Shown: in pieces, positions 1 to 10,488 of the stretch
Layout: the number at the start of each line of letters is the position of its first letter
Numbering within the stretch: the first letter of the stretch is position 1
Assembly (NCBI GenBank): GCA_963674785.1
Contig: OY771555.1
Coordinates: forward strand, 1,888,001 to 1,952,000
Reading direction: 5' to 3'
Length of the DNA: 64,000 bases
DNA from: Caldisericia bacterium
Lineage (GTDB): Bacteria; Caldisericota; Caldisericia; JAAYUI01
Translations under genes and position numbers: made by a program
Notes under the pieces: model-generated
What the model was told of the DNA's origin: nothing
Database searches by the model: none
Seen by the model: the letters and a program-made list of their open reading frames with translations, nothing else

Positions 1-2
1 CA

Positions 3-959
3 TCGACTCAATTTGATAAAGAAGCAGGAACATGGACTGTGAGTTCTGCAGAAAAAACCGCTATTTTCCATGACGGAAAGACATATGTTGAAATCGACGG
101 AGAGAAAAAAGACATCACCGACGCCCCAGTTGTTGTAAAAGACTCAATGATTGTCTCAGAAACAACAGCGGAGGAAACTCTTGACGTTGAAATTGAAGCC
201 AACATTGAGGAAGAAATACTTGAAATCACCCACAATGAACCTGAGCCAATGTCTACAGTAAAATTCATCACACTCGATGAAGAAGAAAATGAAATTTCCG
301 GCGCTGCGGTTCTTTTTGGAAGCATTTTTAAAGGACACACACCTCTTACCATGAATCTTCCAAATGGGTTTTATGACATCAACATCGTTTATGATGGTTA
401 CGAACACACAAACGACAAAATCTCACTAGAATCCCAACAACGACTTTCAAAAGAATATATTCTAAAAAAGATAGTAGAGGAAACCCCCGACCCTGACCCA
501 GATGTCCCAGAAACTGGAACCCTGAAGGTTTCTGTAAATGTTCCATGGGGAGACTTTACTGTTGATGGAAAGAAATATGCAAATAGAACAAATCTTACTC
601 TCGAAAACATTTCAAATGGATATCACACTATCACCTATAAGCTTTCAGGGTTTGACCCAATCACAAAAAAACTTCTCATAGAAGGTGGAGAAACAACAGT
701 TTATGATTTCAAGATAAACTCTGGGATATTAAAGATAGACTGCAATTACTCTGCCTTTGTCTACGTTGATGGAGATTTCCTTGAAGATGTTACGACACCA
801 TTTGAGATGGAGGTGGCTGCAAAAACATACACCATTGTTATCGACAAAACTAACTATGCTGACAGTGAAACTGGGGTAGTTAGACCCAAAAAGACTGTGA
901 CTGTCAAAAAAGGACAGGTTTCAAAGTTAGAGTTTCAGCTGAAGAAAATAGAAGAATGA
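3..959 (+). CDS. PEGA-domain-containing surface protein, 5'-truncated by the window edge
   Basis: Frame open from position 3 to TGA 959. Repeated PEGA-like units (GTLKVSVNVPWGDFTVDG, GILKIDCNYSAFVYVDG..TTP). ATGA overlap with next gene. Confidence 0.7.
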   Translation, partial: STQFDKEAGTWTVSSAEKTAIFHDGKTYVEIDGEKKDITDAPVVVKDSMIVSETTAEETLDVEIEANIEEEILEITHNEPEPMSTVKFITLDEEENEISGAAVLFGSIFKGHTPLTMNLPNGFYDINIVYDGYEHTNDKISLESQQRLSKEYILKKIVEETPDPDPDVPETGTLKVSVNVPWGDFTVDGKKYANRTNLTLENISNGYHTITYKLSGFDPITKKLLIEGGETTVYDFKINSGILKIDCNYSAFVYVDGDFLEDVTTPFEMEVAAKTYTIVIDKTNYADSETGVVRPKKTVTVKKGQVSKLEFQLKKIEE

Positions 960-3634
960 GAAAATTCCTAACTGTTATTCTGATTATACTTTTACTGTCT
1001 CCGGCTTCGGTTTTTTCGGTTGGTTTTGGTGAAGCTGATTCCTGGCCAATGATTGGTGGAGACACCCTACACTCATCAAGAAAAATCGATTCCACACTCA
1101 CACCGAACATACAAGGAAAGCCACCAGTCTGGCGCTTTGACTCAATTGATGTTGCTGATCACGAATCTGTTGTTTGGAGTTCACCACTTACCGACGGCGA
1201 ACATATATACATTAGCTATGGAAAAAAGTATCTTGGCTCAAGCTCATACACCGATAGTGGAATCCTAAAGATTGACCTCGATAACGACCAGGTCTATAAA
1301 AAAGTCGCCGGCAGGCAATATGATGTATCCTCATACGATCCATCGACTCAAATTATTCCTACACCTGCACTAATAATTGAGGATTCTGGAACATCAGTTG
1401 TTTATGTTGATTCAAGTGGAAACATTATTGTTGATGAAAACAGAAAAAATCAAATAGAGGTCGGAAGAAAACCAATTCTTTCATCTCCAATTGTCCACGA
1501 GAACAAGATATATGTTGGTACATCCGATGGATATGCTGTTTCTATCGATATTGATGATAATTGGGAGACTCATAAGTTTTCATACGAAGGCATGGGAAAA
1601 ATCGTAGGGTCTGTCGGAATTGTCGATGATCTCCTTGTCTTTGCCGACGATAATGGATATGTCTACATATTTGACATTATCACAGGGGAGCTTTTATCTG
1701 CCGAAAAACCCATCCCCGATAAAAAGATCACTTTTTATACACCAACAATCGTAAACTCTGAAAAAGCAAAGTTCGCCGTATTTGCAGGGTCAGAAGGCTA
1801 CATTACAAGAGTCTCTCTTGATGAAAAATCGTATGGTAAGTCAATAAGCAGAAAAGTCTCAGATAATTCATTTGTTGCTACCCCTCTAGCCCTTGGAACA
1901 TCTATATATATCGGAGACGAAGAAGGAAACTTATACAAAATAAAAATTATCAATTTAGAAGAAGAGATAAGCAGAAAACTAGATTATCAGATAAAATCTC
2001 AGATAATCTACTGTAATAAATTTGTTTATCAAACCACCCAAGATAGAAATTCAAAAAACGGTAGCTTATGGGTTTTTGTTCCAATTGACCTCAGCGAATT
2101 CAAAATTTTAAGAAGGCTTCCACAAGGGAGACTAGATGTTGACGGCTCATCTAGCACACCTCTGATAGTGGGTGACTACATGTTCATCCCTTCATCGGCG
2201 GGAAACATTATCAGATACGAGGGCAACAAAGCAAAACTGAAGGTATCGACTAATACTCTTGATTTTGGAAGTGTCGCAATAAACACAGAGAAGACAGAAA
2301 CTTTTGTGGTAGAAAACGATGGGGGCGGAACAGGAACTCTAAGTGGAGAAATAACCGTCGAAAAAGACTGGCTCGAATGCACTCCAAGCTCATTTGAACT
2401 AGACAGAGGCGAGTCAATTGAAATTGAAGTCTTACTCCAGAACACTGATGAAATACCAGTGGGGATTTTACACCAAGAGGAGATAACCATCACCTCAAAT
2501 GCTGGAACAGAGATTGTCACAGCAGAGTTTGAGGTTACAAAAGAGCAGGGAGAATTTGATATTTCAACAGAATCAATTGACTTTGGACAGGTGATTAAAG
2601 GTGATTCTGTAAACGAAACTTTTTCAGTTTTCCTTGAAGACCACACGTTAGACGCTAGCGTTATTTGCGAAACTGAAGACGATTGGTTAACACTATCGAG
2701 ATCATACTTTGAGCTTTCAGGTTCAAGCAAGATGACATCCATAATAAACATTGATACATCAAATCTTAGCATCGGAACTCACACGTCAAAAATTGACTTT
2801 TTCCATGCTAAAAACCCTGAAACAAAAGAGATAGGTGAACCAACAAAAACACTGGTCATAAAAATTGAGGTTGTCAAAAGACCCGCTAAACCAATTACAG
2901 ATAAAAACTCAGAAACAATATACATCACTGACTGTTTCTTACCAACTGAATATACGACCAGTTTCGTTATAAGGAACGACACAAAAGATGGTGAACGAGA
3001 GGCTCTTGAATCAAACCTGGAGATAAAACTTGAGCCTGATTACGAATGGTTATCTGCCGACAGCACCTATGAAAAAGATTCTGACATGGTAATAATAGAA
3101 TGTAGGATAAGATCTGAGTTTGCTGATTTCTGGCCAAATGAAAACTTCTCCTCAACCCTGAGCTTAACTGTTAGCGGTACTGAATTTTCTTTTGATGTTT
3201 CGATTGTGTCCAGTCCAATCGAAACATGTAGTGTCTCATTTGTAATTGATTCTGAAAAATACACAGTGAATTCGAGGATTCTAGATGTAACCCCAGCTCC
3301 GTTCATATCAGAAAATGGAAACACAATGGTTCCAATCAGATTTATCGCAGAACCTTTGGAAAAATTTTATGGCGCTGAAATTGAATGGATTCCCGATCTG
3401 AAGACCGTTCTTTTCACACTTGGAGACACAACTTTAAGACTACGCATCGGTAACACCAACGCCTATATTGAACGCGGGGATGGTTCAGTTGACTCTATAG
3501 AGATGAATTCCGCTGCAGAAATTGTTGATGGTCGAACATTCATTCCTCCACGAACTATCGCAGAAGCCTTTGGTGCTGAAGTAAAATGGAACGGTGAAGA
3601 ACGAAAGGCTGACTTCATCTTTACTTCTCCGTAA
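956..3634 (+). CDS. Secreted PQQ-like beta-propeller + BACON/Ig-like + copper amine oxidase N-terminal (stalk) domain protein
   Basis: Signal peptide, WPMIGGD..HS start motif, SSP/YVGTSDG propeller repeats, LDFG/WL Ig-like repeats, C-terminal TMVPIRFIAE and GRTFIPPRTIAEAFGAEVKW motifs. Confidence 0.8.
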   Translation: MRKFLTVILIILLLSPASVFSVGFGEADSWPMIGGDTLHSSRKIDSTLTPNIQGKPPVWRFDSIDVADHESVVWSSPLTDGEHIYISYGKKYLGSSSYTDSGILKIDLDNDQVYKKVAGRQYDVSSYDPSTQIIPTPALIIEDSGTSVVYVDSSGNIIVDENRKNQIEVGRKPILSSPIVHENKIYVGTSDGYAVSIDIDDNWETHKFSYEGMGKIVGSVGIVDDLLVFADDNGYVYIFDIITGELLSAEKPIPDKKITFYTPTIVNSEKAKFAVFAGSEGYITRVSLDEKSYGKSISRKVSDNSFVATPLALGTSIYIGDEEGNLYKIKIINLEEEISRKLDYQIKSQIIYCNKFVYQTTQDRNSKNGSLWVFVPIDLSEFKILRRLPQGRLDVDGSSSTPLIVGDYMFIPSSAGNIIRYEGNKAKLKVSTNTLDFGSVAINTEKTETFVVENDGGGTGTLSGEITVEKDWLECTPSSFELDRGESIEIEVLLQNTDEIPVGILHQEEITITSNAGTEIVTAEFEVTKEQGEFDISTESIDFGQVIKGDSVNETFSVFLEDHTLDASVICETEDDWLTLSRSYFELSGSSKMTSIINIDTSNLSIGTHTSKIDFFHAKNPETKEIGEPTKTLVIKIEVVKRPAKPITDKNSETIYITDCFLPTEYTTSFVIRNDTKDGEREALESNLEIKLEPDYEWLSADSTYEKDSDMVIIECRIRSEFADFWPNENFSSTLSLTVSGTEFSFDVSIVSSPIETCSVSFVIDSEKYTVNSRILDVTPAPFISENGNTMVPIRFIAEPLEKFYGAEIEWIPDLKTVLFTLGDTTLRLRIGNTNAYIERGDGSVDSIEMNSAAEIVDGRTFIPPRTIAEAFGAEVKWNGEERKADFIFTSP

Positions 3635-3670
3635 GTAAAAAATTGTTTTCATGTGAAAATTTCTCCTGGC

Positions 3671-3698
3671 TTGACATAGATGCAATATTGCATATATT
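3671..3698 (+). promoter_or_regulatory. Sigma70-type promoter with overlapping 14-bp palindrome (probable ArsR operator)
   Basis: TTGACA 3671-3676, 16-bp spacer, TATATT 3693-3698. Perfect palindrome ATGCAATATTGCAT at 3680-3693. Confidence 0.7.
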
Positions 3699-3705
3699 TG
3701 CAATC

Positions 3706-4017
3706 ATGCAATGTAACTTTAATCCACCTAATTTTGAAAGTCTCGAGAGAGCATCCCAGATGTTTTCGGCAATATCTCACCCAAAACGATTACATATAAT
3801 CACACTTATTGCAGAAAAGAGCATGTCCGTAACATCAATTGCCAATGAAATGGGTTGCGAACCACCATGCACATCTCAGCATTTAAGAATTCTGAAAGCA
3901 ATTGACATCGTTGAATGTAAAAGAGAAGGACATGAAATGCTTTACTGTCTCAAACACAAATGCATTTTAAACGCTATTAACTGCATCATCAAAGGATGTG
4001 AAATCTATGGCGAATAA
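3706..4017 (+). CDS. ArsR/SmtB family metalloregulator, Cys-rich
   Basis: FSAISHPKRLHII..SQHLRILK..V..KREG..MLYCL winged HTH pattern. ATG 3706 preferred over TTG 3643, which lies upstream of the promoter. Confidence 0.9.
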   Translation: MQCNFNPPNFESLERASQMFSAISHPKRLHIITLIAEKSMSVTSIANEMGCEPPCTSQHLRILKAIDIVECKREGHEMLYCLKHKCILNAINCIIKGCEIYGE

Positions 4018-5350
4018 AAGCATTTCAATATTTCTAAAAAGCAATAAAAGAGAACTTATTATTGGCTTTTGGATGGTTCTTGCTCTTGCCTTTTTTGCTT
4101 CACTTGGCGTTCCAAGAGTAAAAGAGTCAGTTGATATAGGACTCGGTTATGTTAATGAATATGCTCGAGAACACATCTTGTTCAGCTTGTTGCCTGCACT
4201 CTTTATCGCAGGTGCAATTTCACAACTTGTAAGCACTGGCCCAGTAATCCAGATTCTATCAGGTCGCTTTGGAAGATTTCGAGCTTACCTTGTCGCAAGT
4301 GTTTCAGGTTCTGTTCTTACAGTCTGCTCATGCACAATTCTCCCAATTTTCTCTGGAATTTATCGAACAGGTGCAGGAATTGGTCCCGCAATTGCTTTCC
4401 TTTTTGCAGGTCCAGCGATAAGTGTTGTAGCTGTAGCTTTTACTGCGGTGGTCATCGGATGGAAACTTGCTCTTTCTCGAATAATTAGTGCAATTGTAAT
4501 ATCAATAATCATTGGACTTCTGATGGAGTATTTCTTCAGAAATGAAGAAAAAGAGAGAATTAACAAACTCGCTCCTATTGAAGGTACTGGTGTTCCTGTC
4601 TGGAAATCCATAGTTATACTTTCGATGATGACACTTCTTCTCATTTCTGCGACATGGGATATAAAAGCAGAAAATGATGGATCAACGGCACATCAAACCA
4701 CACAATCGGCTATCACCAACAAAAACAACATCTCTGAACACGAACTAGAATTCGAGATAATCAAAGAAAGAATTGGGGAAGAGGAAATCACAGAAGAAGC
4801 AAGCGATGATGTAGCCGAAACCAGTGGGTCATTTGATAATGTTACTAGGTTCATATACAAGATTAAATGGTATCTCACTGGATTATTCTTTCTGTTAACA
4901 ATCCTATTCTCGTTTCTTTTCCTGAAAAAGGATCAAGCAGGAGGGTGGATGGAGGCTACATGGGATCTTGCAAAAGAGATGATTCCACTACTTTTTGCAG
5001 GAGTATTTATCGCAGGATTCCTATTAAACATCATACCCGAATCATTAATCCAGAATCTATTGGGTAGCAATTCTCTTCTGTCAAGTTTCTTTGCATCAAT
5101 TCTTGGTATTGGAACATATTTTGCAAACTGTACCGAGGTTGCAATAATTGATGTACTTCTCAAGAAAGACATGGCGATGGGGCCAGCGTTATCGTTACTT
5201 CTTGCGGGACCAGCTGTTTCACCGCCATCCATGATCATCACTTGGTCGATTCTTGGTGCAAAAAAATCGATGACATATTTTGGGCTTGTTGTGTTGTTCT
5301 CAACGTTGGCAGGTTACATATATGGTTTGCTTCAAGGCATACTATTCTAA
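4007..5350 (+). CDS. ArsP/DUF318 family permease
   Basis: SGSVLTVCSCTILP, GAGIGPAIAFLFAGPA and GPALSLLLAGPAVS motifs, multiple TM helices, located downstream of arsR. Confidence 0.85.
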   Translation: MANKSISIFLKSNKRELIIGFWMVLALAFFASLGVPRVKESVDIGLGYVNEYAREHILFSLLPALFIAGAISQLVSTGPVIQILSGRFGRFRAYLVASVSGSVLTVCSCTILPIFSGIYRTGAGIGPAIAFLFAGPAISVVAVAFTAVVIGWKLALSRIISAIVISIIIGLLMEYFFRNEEKERINKLAPIEGTGVPVWKSIVILSMMTLLLISATWDIKAENDGSTAHQTTQSAITNKNNISEHELEFEIIKERIGEEEITEEASDDVAETSGSFDNVTRFIYKIKWYLTGLFFLLTILFSFLFLKKDQAGGWMEATWDLAKEMIPLLFAGVFIAGFLLNIIPESLIQNLLGSNSLLSSFFASILGIGTYFANCTEVAIIDVLLKKDMAMGPALSLLLAGPAVSPPSMIITWSILGAKKSMTYFGLVVLFSTLAGYIYGLLQGILF

Positions 5351-5368
5351 TTTGAAAGGAATATAAAT

Positions 5369-5611
5369 ATGAAAATCCAAGTACTTGGAACAGGACACTG
5401 TAACAAATGTGCTCTTCTTTATGATCGAACATTAGAAGCTGTAAAAAAACTCGACATTTGCGCCGAAGTAGTAAAAATTGACGATTTGAATGAGATTATC
5501 GCAATGGGTATCATGTCTACACCAGGGCTTGCAATCGACGGTAAAGTAGTCTCATCAGGCAAAATCCTTGGGACAGATAGAATCATTGAACTCTTAAAAA
5601 CAGAGGAATAA
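5369..5611 (+). CDS. Small thioredoxin-family redox protein (MTH895 / Thioredoxin_3 type)
   Basis: MKIQVLGTGHCNKC CxxC, GIMSTPGLAIDGKVVSSG. Usual third gene of arsR-arsP clusters. Confidence 0.88.
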   Translation: MKIQVLGTGHCNKCALLYDRTLEAVKKLDICAEVVKIDDLNEIIAMGIMSTPGLAIDGKVVSSGKILGTDRIIELLKTEE

Positions 5612-5712
5612 TCTAGACTTACCACAGGTTAAAATGGGTTGGTTAATCTATAACCTCGATATGCTTGTATCTTTTGACAGTTGAATAAAATTACTCATCA
5701 CTGGGGATTTAA

Positions 5713-5750
5713 TGGCGGGAAGTGTGGGCTTATTTTGCCTCCTCCCGCCA
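5713..5750. other. GC-rich stem-loop between convergent ars operon and tRNA-His
   Basis: TGGCGGGA...TCCCGCCA arms with an inner partial stem. No clear U-tract. Confidence 0.4.
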
Positions 5751-5852
5751 CTTACATATCTAACTTATTCCAGACGCAATTCGCTGATTCTAGCAGTACA
5801 AAAAAATGACAAAATACAAAAAGCTTTTAGTTTATTGGGAAATGTTTTGAAA

Positions 5853-5930
5853 TGGGGTGGGCAAGGAGATTCGAACCCCCGGCCTCCAGTTCCACAGACT
5901 GGCGCTCTAACCAACTGAGCTATACCCACC
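5853..5930 (-). tRNA. tRNA-His (GTG) with genome-encoded G-1 and CCA
   Basis: Cloverleaf on minus strand, anticodon arm CCAGT-CTGTGGA-ACTGG, GGTTCGAATC T-arm, CCA end. Confidence 0.97.
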
Positions 5931-6009
5931 ATGTATAACTCGGATTATAGTATTTATCAAAATGAACAAGTCAAGAATAATTTTGTTTTTTTGAATTAAA
6001 CTACGACAC

Positions 6010-6037
6010 TTGACAAAATTATTAGAAGTGATAGTAT
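6010..6037 (+). promoter_or_regulatory. Promoter of grpE-dnaK operon
   Basis: TTGACA-16 bp-TAGTAT with TGn extended -10. Confidence 0.7.
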
Positions 6038-6041
6038 CATT

Positions 6042-6068
6042 TTAGCAGTCGGAAGACTAGACTGCTAA
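6042..6068 (+). promoter_or_regulatory. CIRCE element (HrcA operator), variant
   Basis: TTAGCAGTC-N9-GACTGCTAA versus canonical TTAGCACTC-N9-GAGTGCTAA, between promoter and grpE. Confidence 0.92.
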
Positions 6069-6089
6069 TTTAGAGAGAAGACAGCAAAA

Positions 6090-6656
6090 ATGTTTAGAAA
6101 AGAAAAAGAGAAAAAAGAGGAAACGATAGGGGTTGTTACAGGTCTTCAGAAAATCTCAAATGATATTGAGGTTTTAAAAAGCAGACTTTCTGAGCTTGAA
6201 TCTGAAAACAGAAAACTCAGATCGAGCCTCTTTACTGCAAATTCTGATAACAAAAGACTTCAAACAATTGCCCAGCGCGAAAAAGAGCAGGAAGCAAATT
6301 CAACATTAAAGAGAATTGCTGGACACTTTCTACCTGTAATCGATGATCTTGCACAGGCAAAAACAATGCTTCTAAATTCAGGCATCGACCCCGCTCATAT
6401 CGCACCAATCGAGTATATTCTCGGAAGCCTTGATAAAGCATTTGACCAGATGGGTTTTGTTAGTTTTGAACCACTTGGAGAAGACTTCGATCCTCACTCC
6501 TGCCAACTAGGAGGTAAGATTGAAAGTGATGAGTACGATGACGACAAAATCTGCAAAGTTGTAAGAAAAGGCTACAAAATCGGAGATGAAATAATCAGAC
6601 CAGCCATCGTGCTGTGTTCTCAAAAAAACAATACAGACTCAAATGAGTCAAAATAA
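6090..6656 (+). CDS. grpE: Nucleotide exchange factor GrpE
   Basis: Coiled-coil N-terminus, FLPVIDDL, GEDFDP, VRKGYKIGDEIIRPAIV. Upstream of dnaK. Confidence 0.92.
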   Translation: MFRKEKEKKEETIGVVTGLQKISNDIEVLKSRLSELESENRKLRSSLFTANSDNKRLQTIAQREKEQEANSTLKRIAGHFLPVIDDLAQAKTMLLNSGIDPAHIAPIEYILGSLDKAFDQMGFVSFEPLGEDFDPHSCQLGGKIESDEYDDDKICKVVRKGYKIGDEIIRPAIVLCSQKNNTDSNESK

Positions 6657-6678
6657 TTGATAAACAAGGAGGAGTTAT

Positions 6679-8535
6679 ATGAGTAAAATTATAGGAATCG
6701 ATTTAGGAACAAGTAACAGTGCAGCAGCAGTATTGATTGGTGACAAGCCAACGATTATCCCGGCTGCCGAAGGAGTGTCTGTTGGAGGAAAAACAACACC
6801 ATCATACGTAGCATTCACAAAAGATGGACAGATGTTGGTTGGTGAGCCAGCAAGAAGACAAGCAGAACTTAACCCGGAAAACACAATCACAGCCATCAAG
6901 AGAAAGATGGGAACAAGAGAAAAAGTAACTGTTTTCGGAAAAGAATATACACCACAGCAGATTTCTGCATTTATCCTTCAAAAGATCAAAAAGGATGCTG
7001 AGACATATCTTGGTGAAACAGTAAGCAAAGCAGTTATCACAGTGCCAGCATACTTTGATAACGACCAGAGACAGGCAACAAAAGATGCGGGAGAAATCGC
7101 AGGTCTTGAAGTCGTAAGACTTGTAAACGAACCAACAGCAGCATCTTTTGCATACAGCGTTGATAAAAAAGAAGAAAACCTAAAGATTTTGGTTTTTGAC
7201 CTTGGTGGTGGAACCCTTGATGTAACAATCATGGATTATGGTGACGGAGTATTTGAAGTAAAATCAACATCTGGTGATACTCATCTTGGTGGAACCGACA
7301 TGGACAATGCCTTGATGGATTATGTCATAAGCAAGTTTAAAGATGACTCAGGAGTTGACCTCAAGGGAAACAAGGATGTCTATCATAGACTCAAAGAGAG
7401 TACTGAAAAGGCAAAAATTGAGCTTTCAACAACCCTCGAAACACAGATTAATCTTCCATTCATCGCCCAGGATGCAAGTGGGCAACCAGTTCACCTCAAT
7501 ATGACAATTACACGTGCAAAGCTTGAGCAGCTCGTTTCACCAATCGCCCAAAAATGTAAACACCCAATCGAACAGGCATTAAGCGATGCTGGATTAACAC
7601 CTGCTGATATTGACAAAATCCTCATGGTCGGTGGACCAACAAGAATGCCAATCATCCAGAAAACCGTTGAAGAATTCCTAAACAAAAAAGTTGAGCGTGG
7701 AATCGATCCAATGGAATGTGTCGCGATGGGTGCAGCAATTCAGGCCGGCGTACTTTCTGGTGATGTCGAAGATGTTGTCCTTGTCGATGTAACACCACTT
7801 TCACTCGGAATTGAAACCATGGGTGGAGTGTTCACAAAAATGATTGAGAGAAATACTCCAGTACCAACAAAACAGTCACAGGTATTCTCAACTGCTGCCG
7901 ACAATCAGACAACCGTAGAAGTCCACATCCTTCAGGGCGAAAGACCAATGGCAAACGACAACCTTTCACTTGGAAAATTCAAACTCGACGGAATTCCATC
8001 AGCACCAAGAGGAGTACCCCAGATCGAGGTAACATACGAGATCGACAGTAATGGTATCCTTAAAGTTCACGCAAAAGATAAAGCAACAGGCAAAGAAAAT
8101 TCAATTAGGGTTGAAGATGCAAGCAGACTCACCAAGGATGAAATCGAGAAGATGAAGGATGAAGCCGAAAAATATGGTGATGCTGACAAGGTCAGAAAAG
8201 AAAGAATAGAACTCAAGAACAAAGCGGACACCCTTGTTTATTCAACAAGAAAAACACTCAAAGATGCTGAAGGAAAAGTTGACCAGGCAAAACTTGATGA
8301 AGCCAAAAACCTCGCCGATGAAATCGAGAAAATGATCAGAGAAGATAAAATTGAAGATCTTTCTGGAAAAACAGATGAGCTTCAAGACAAACTCAATACC
8401 ATTGGGGAAGAGCTCTACAAACAGGCTGAACAGGCAAATGCATCAGGAGCAACTCCTCCACCAAACACAGACACAGGCTCAGATGATTCAGATGATGGTT
8501 CAACAGTTGATAGTGACGGAAGAGCCGTAGACTAA
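6679..8535 (+). CDS. dnaK: Molecular chaperone DnaK (Hsp70)
   Basis: [33 protein letters not shown] motifs. AGGAGG RBS. Confidence 0.99.
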   Translation: MSKIIGIDLGTSNSAAAVLIGDKPTIIPAAEGVSVGGKTTPSYVAFTKDGQMLVGEPARRQAELNPENTITAIKRKMGTREKVTVFGKEYTPQQISAFILQKIKKDAETYLGETVSKAVITVPAYFDNDQRQATKDAGEIAGLEVVRLVNEPTAASFAYSVDKKEENLKILVFDLGGGTLDVTIMDYGDGVFEVKSTSGDTHLGGTDMDNALMDYVISKFKDDSGVDLKGNKDVYHRLKESTEKAKIELSTTLETQINLPFIAQDASGQPVHLNMTITRAKLEQLVSPIAQKCKHPIEQALSDAGLTPADIDKILMVGGPTRMPIIQKTVEEFLNKKVERGIDPMECVAMGAAIQAGVLSGDVEDVVLVDVTPLSLGIETMGGVFTKMIERNTPVPTKQSQVFSTAADNQTTVEVHILQGERPMANDNLSLGKFKLDGIPSAPRGVPQIEVTYEIDSNGILKVHAKDKATGKENSIRVEDASRLTKDEIEKMKDEAEKYGDADKVRKERIELKNKADTLVYSTRKTLKDAEGKVDQAKLDEAKNLADEIEKMIREDKIEDLSGKTDELQDKLNTIGEELYKQAEQANASGATPPPNTDTGSDDSDDGSTVDSDGRAVD

Positions 8536-8583
8536 ACAAAAGCAATATCCTTGACTTTGGAGCTATCGGGATAAGAATCTAAA

Positions 8584-9654
8584 ATGATGGGTACACAAGA
8601 CTATTACAAAACATTAGGCGTAGAAAAAAGTGCTTCTGAGGAAGAAATAAAGAAAGCATATCGAAAACTCGTCAGGAAATATCATCCTGATACAAATAAG
8701 GACAAGGATGCTGAGGCAAAAATGTCTGAGGTTAATGAGGCATACTCAGTCCTGTCCAACAAAGAAAAAAGGGCTAAATACGATCAGTTCGGTACCGTAC
8801 CACCACCAGGAGCGGGAGGGTTCCCCGGTGGTGGTTTCGGTGGTGTGAACTTCACAGATGATTTCGGCTCAGTTGCAGATATCTTTGACTCCATGTTTGG
8901 TGGTGGTAGAAGATCAAGCAGAAGTAGAAATGTTGTCTATGAGGGTGCAGATATAAAAACCCAGGTTGCTCTTACTCTTGAAGAGGCTTTCTCTGGGAAA
9001 AAGATAACGGTTGACATTCCAAGGCTAGACAAATGTCCAGAATGTGGTGGAACAGGCTCAAAAGATGGTAGCAAACCAAAAACCTGTCCAGATTGCAAAG
9101 GAACAGGACAGGTTACCCGAGCCCAACAGACAGTTTTTGGCACGTTCCAAACCGCCACAACTTGTCCAAGATGCAAGGGCGAGGGTACAATAGTTGATAA
9201 TCCTTGTCCAAAATGTCATGGTCAAACTGTCGTTCGGGAACACCATAAAATCGAAGTAGATATCCCAGCCGGAATCGAAGATGGCATGAGAGTTCGTGTT
9301 CGAGGTGAAGGTGATGCAGGGAAAAAGGGTGGCCCAAACGGAGACCTTTATGTGATGGTTCGAGTTAGACCACATAAGGTTTTCCAAAGAAATGGTGCAA
9401 ACCTTTTCAGCAGTGTTTCAATCTCAATGTATGAAGCAGCTCTTGGTAACGAAATCACTGTCTTGACCATAACCGGCAAAGAAAAAATAAAGGTCAAACC
9501 TGGAACACAACCTGGTGAGACAATGACTCTTCGAGGAAAAGGAATGCCAAGAATTAATGGACGCGGATTTGGCGACCTGCAGATAACTTTCAAAGTTATT
9601 ATTCCAAAGAAATTAACAAAGGCTGAGAGGGCAGCCCTAAAGAAGCTGATGTAA
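8584..9654 (+). CDS. dnaJ: Molecular chaperone DnaJ
   Basis: J-domain HPD, G/F region, four CxxCxGxG-type repeats. Confidence 0.98.
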   Translation: MMGTQDYYKTLGVEKSASEEEIKKAYRKLVRKYHPDTNKDKDAEAKMSEVNEAYSVLSNKEKRAKYDQFGTVPPPGAGGFPGGGFGGVNFTDDFGSVADIFDSMFGGGRRSSRSRNVVYEGADIKTQVALTLEEAFSGKKITVDIPRLDKCPECGGTGSKDGSKPKTCPDCKGTGQVTRAQQTVFGTFQTATTCPRCKGEGTIVDNPCPKCHGQTVVREHHKIEVDIPAGIEDGMRVRVRGEGDAGKKGGPNGDLYVMVRVRPHKVFQRNGANLFSSVSISMYEAALGNEITVLTITGKEKIKVKPGTQPGETMTLRGKGMPRINGRGFGDLQITFKVIIPKKLTKAERAALKKLM

Positions 9655-10484
9655 TGCTACATTTTGGAACAGCCGGCAGACCACTTTCTACAAAAGGAAA
9701 AGCAAGCGCCGATGGCATAAGAAGGGTTCGAGAGCTTGGTCTTTCCTGTATGGAACTCGAATGGGTAAGATCAGCCCCCGAGCACACTTCAAAAACTCTT
9801 GAGAAATCAAAACAAGCATCTCTTGAAGAACCTGAGATTATTCTTTCCTGTCATGCATCATACTACATAAATCTCGCCGGAAGTGATGATATCGTCTCCG
9901 CTTCCAAAGAAAGAATCATTAAGGCAACAAAATCACTTGCTGCTGCTGGTGGAAGAAACGTTGTTTTCCATCCGGGCTTTTATAAAAGCCGAGGCCCAGA
10001 AATAGTTCATGAAATCATCAGAGACAATATGATCGACATTGTTTCTATGCTCGACTCAGAAGGGATCTCGGGTTACACACTCAGACCCGAAACAACAGGA
10101 AAAGCAACCCAATACGGTTCACTGGAAGAAATAATAAAACTTTCATGCGAAGTTCCAAATACGGCACCATGCATCGATTTCGCTCATCTTCACTCAAGAA
10201 GCGCCGGTAAGTGCAACACCTATAGTGAATTCAAAGAAATATTCAATGATCTTAAAAAAGGTCTTGGTGATAAGGTATTATCAGACATGCATATACATCT
10301 ATCAGGTATCGAATACACTGATAAAGGCGAGAGAAAGCATCTTCCACTTGAAGAATCGGATATGAACTTCAAAGACCTCCTAAAAGTTTTTAAAGAGTTC
10401 AATATTAGTGGAACTTTGATCTGTGAGAGCCCAATCATCGAAGAAGATGCAATATTAATGAAAAACTATTTCGAGTCTCTTTAA
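9654..10484 (+). CDS. nfo: Endonuclease IV-like TIM-barrel protein (archaeal-type AP endonuclease family 2)
   Basis: HASYYINL, VFHPG, PETTGK, CIDFAH, HIHLSGI, CESP metal-ligand motifs. TAATG overlap with dnaJ. Confidence 0.8.
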   Translation: MLHFGTAGRPLSTKGKASADGIRRVRELGLSCMELEWVRSAPEHTSKTLEKSKQASLEEPEIILSCHASYYINLAGSDDIVSASKERIIKATKSLAAAGGRNVVFHPGFYKSRGPEIVHEIIRDNMIDIVSMLDSEGISGYTLRPETTGKATQYGSLEEIIKLSCEVPNTAPCIDFAHLHSRSAGKCNTYSEFKEIFNDLKKGLGDKVLSDMHIHLSGIEYTDKGERKHLPLEESDMNFKDLLKVFKEFNISGTLICESPIIEEDAILMKNYFESL

Positions 10485-10488
10485 TCTT

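Noticed and set aside
5712-5918. 68-aa ORF on + strand
   Set aside because: Runs antisense across tRNA-His; the C-terminus (GQGDSNPRPP) is the typical translated-tRNA artefact.
3643-5930. Possible genomic island (ars operon) integrated at the tRNA-His 3' end
   Set aside because: No integrase, no duplicated tRNA 3' fragment and no obvious compositional shift within the window.
8551-8589. Internal leaderless promoter for dnaJ (TTGACT..AAGAAT)
   Set aside because: The -10 lacks the first T and spacing to either ATG is 5 or 8 nt; too weak to call.
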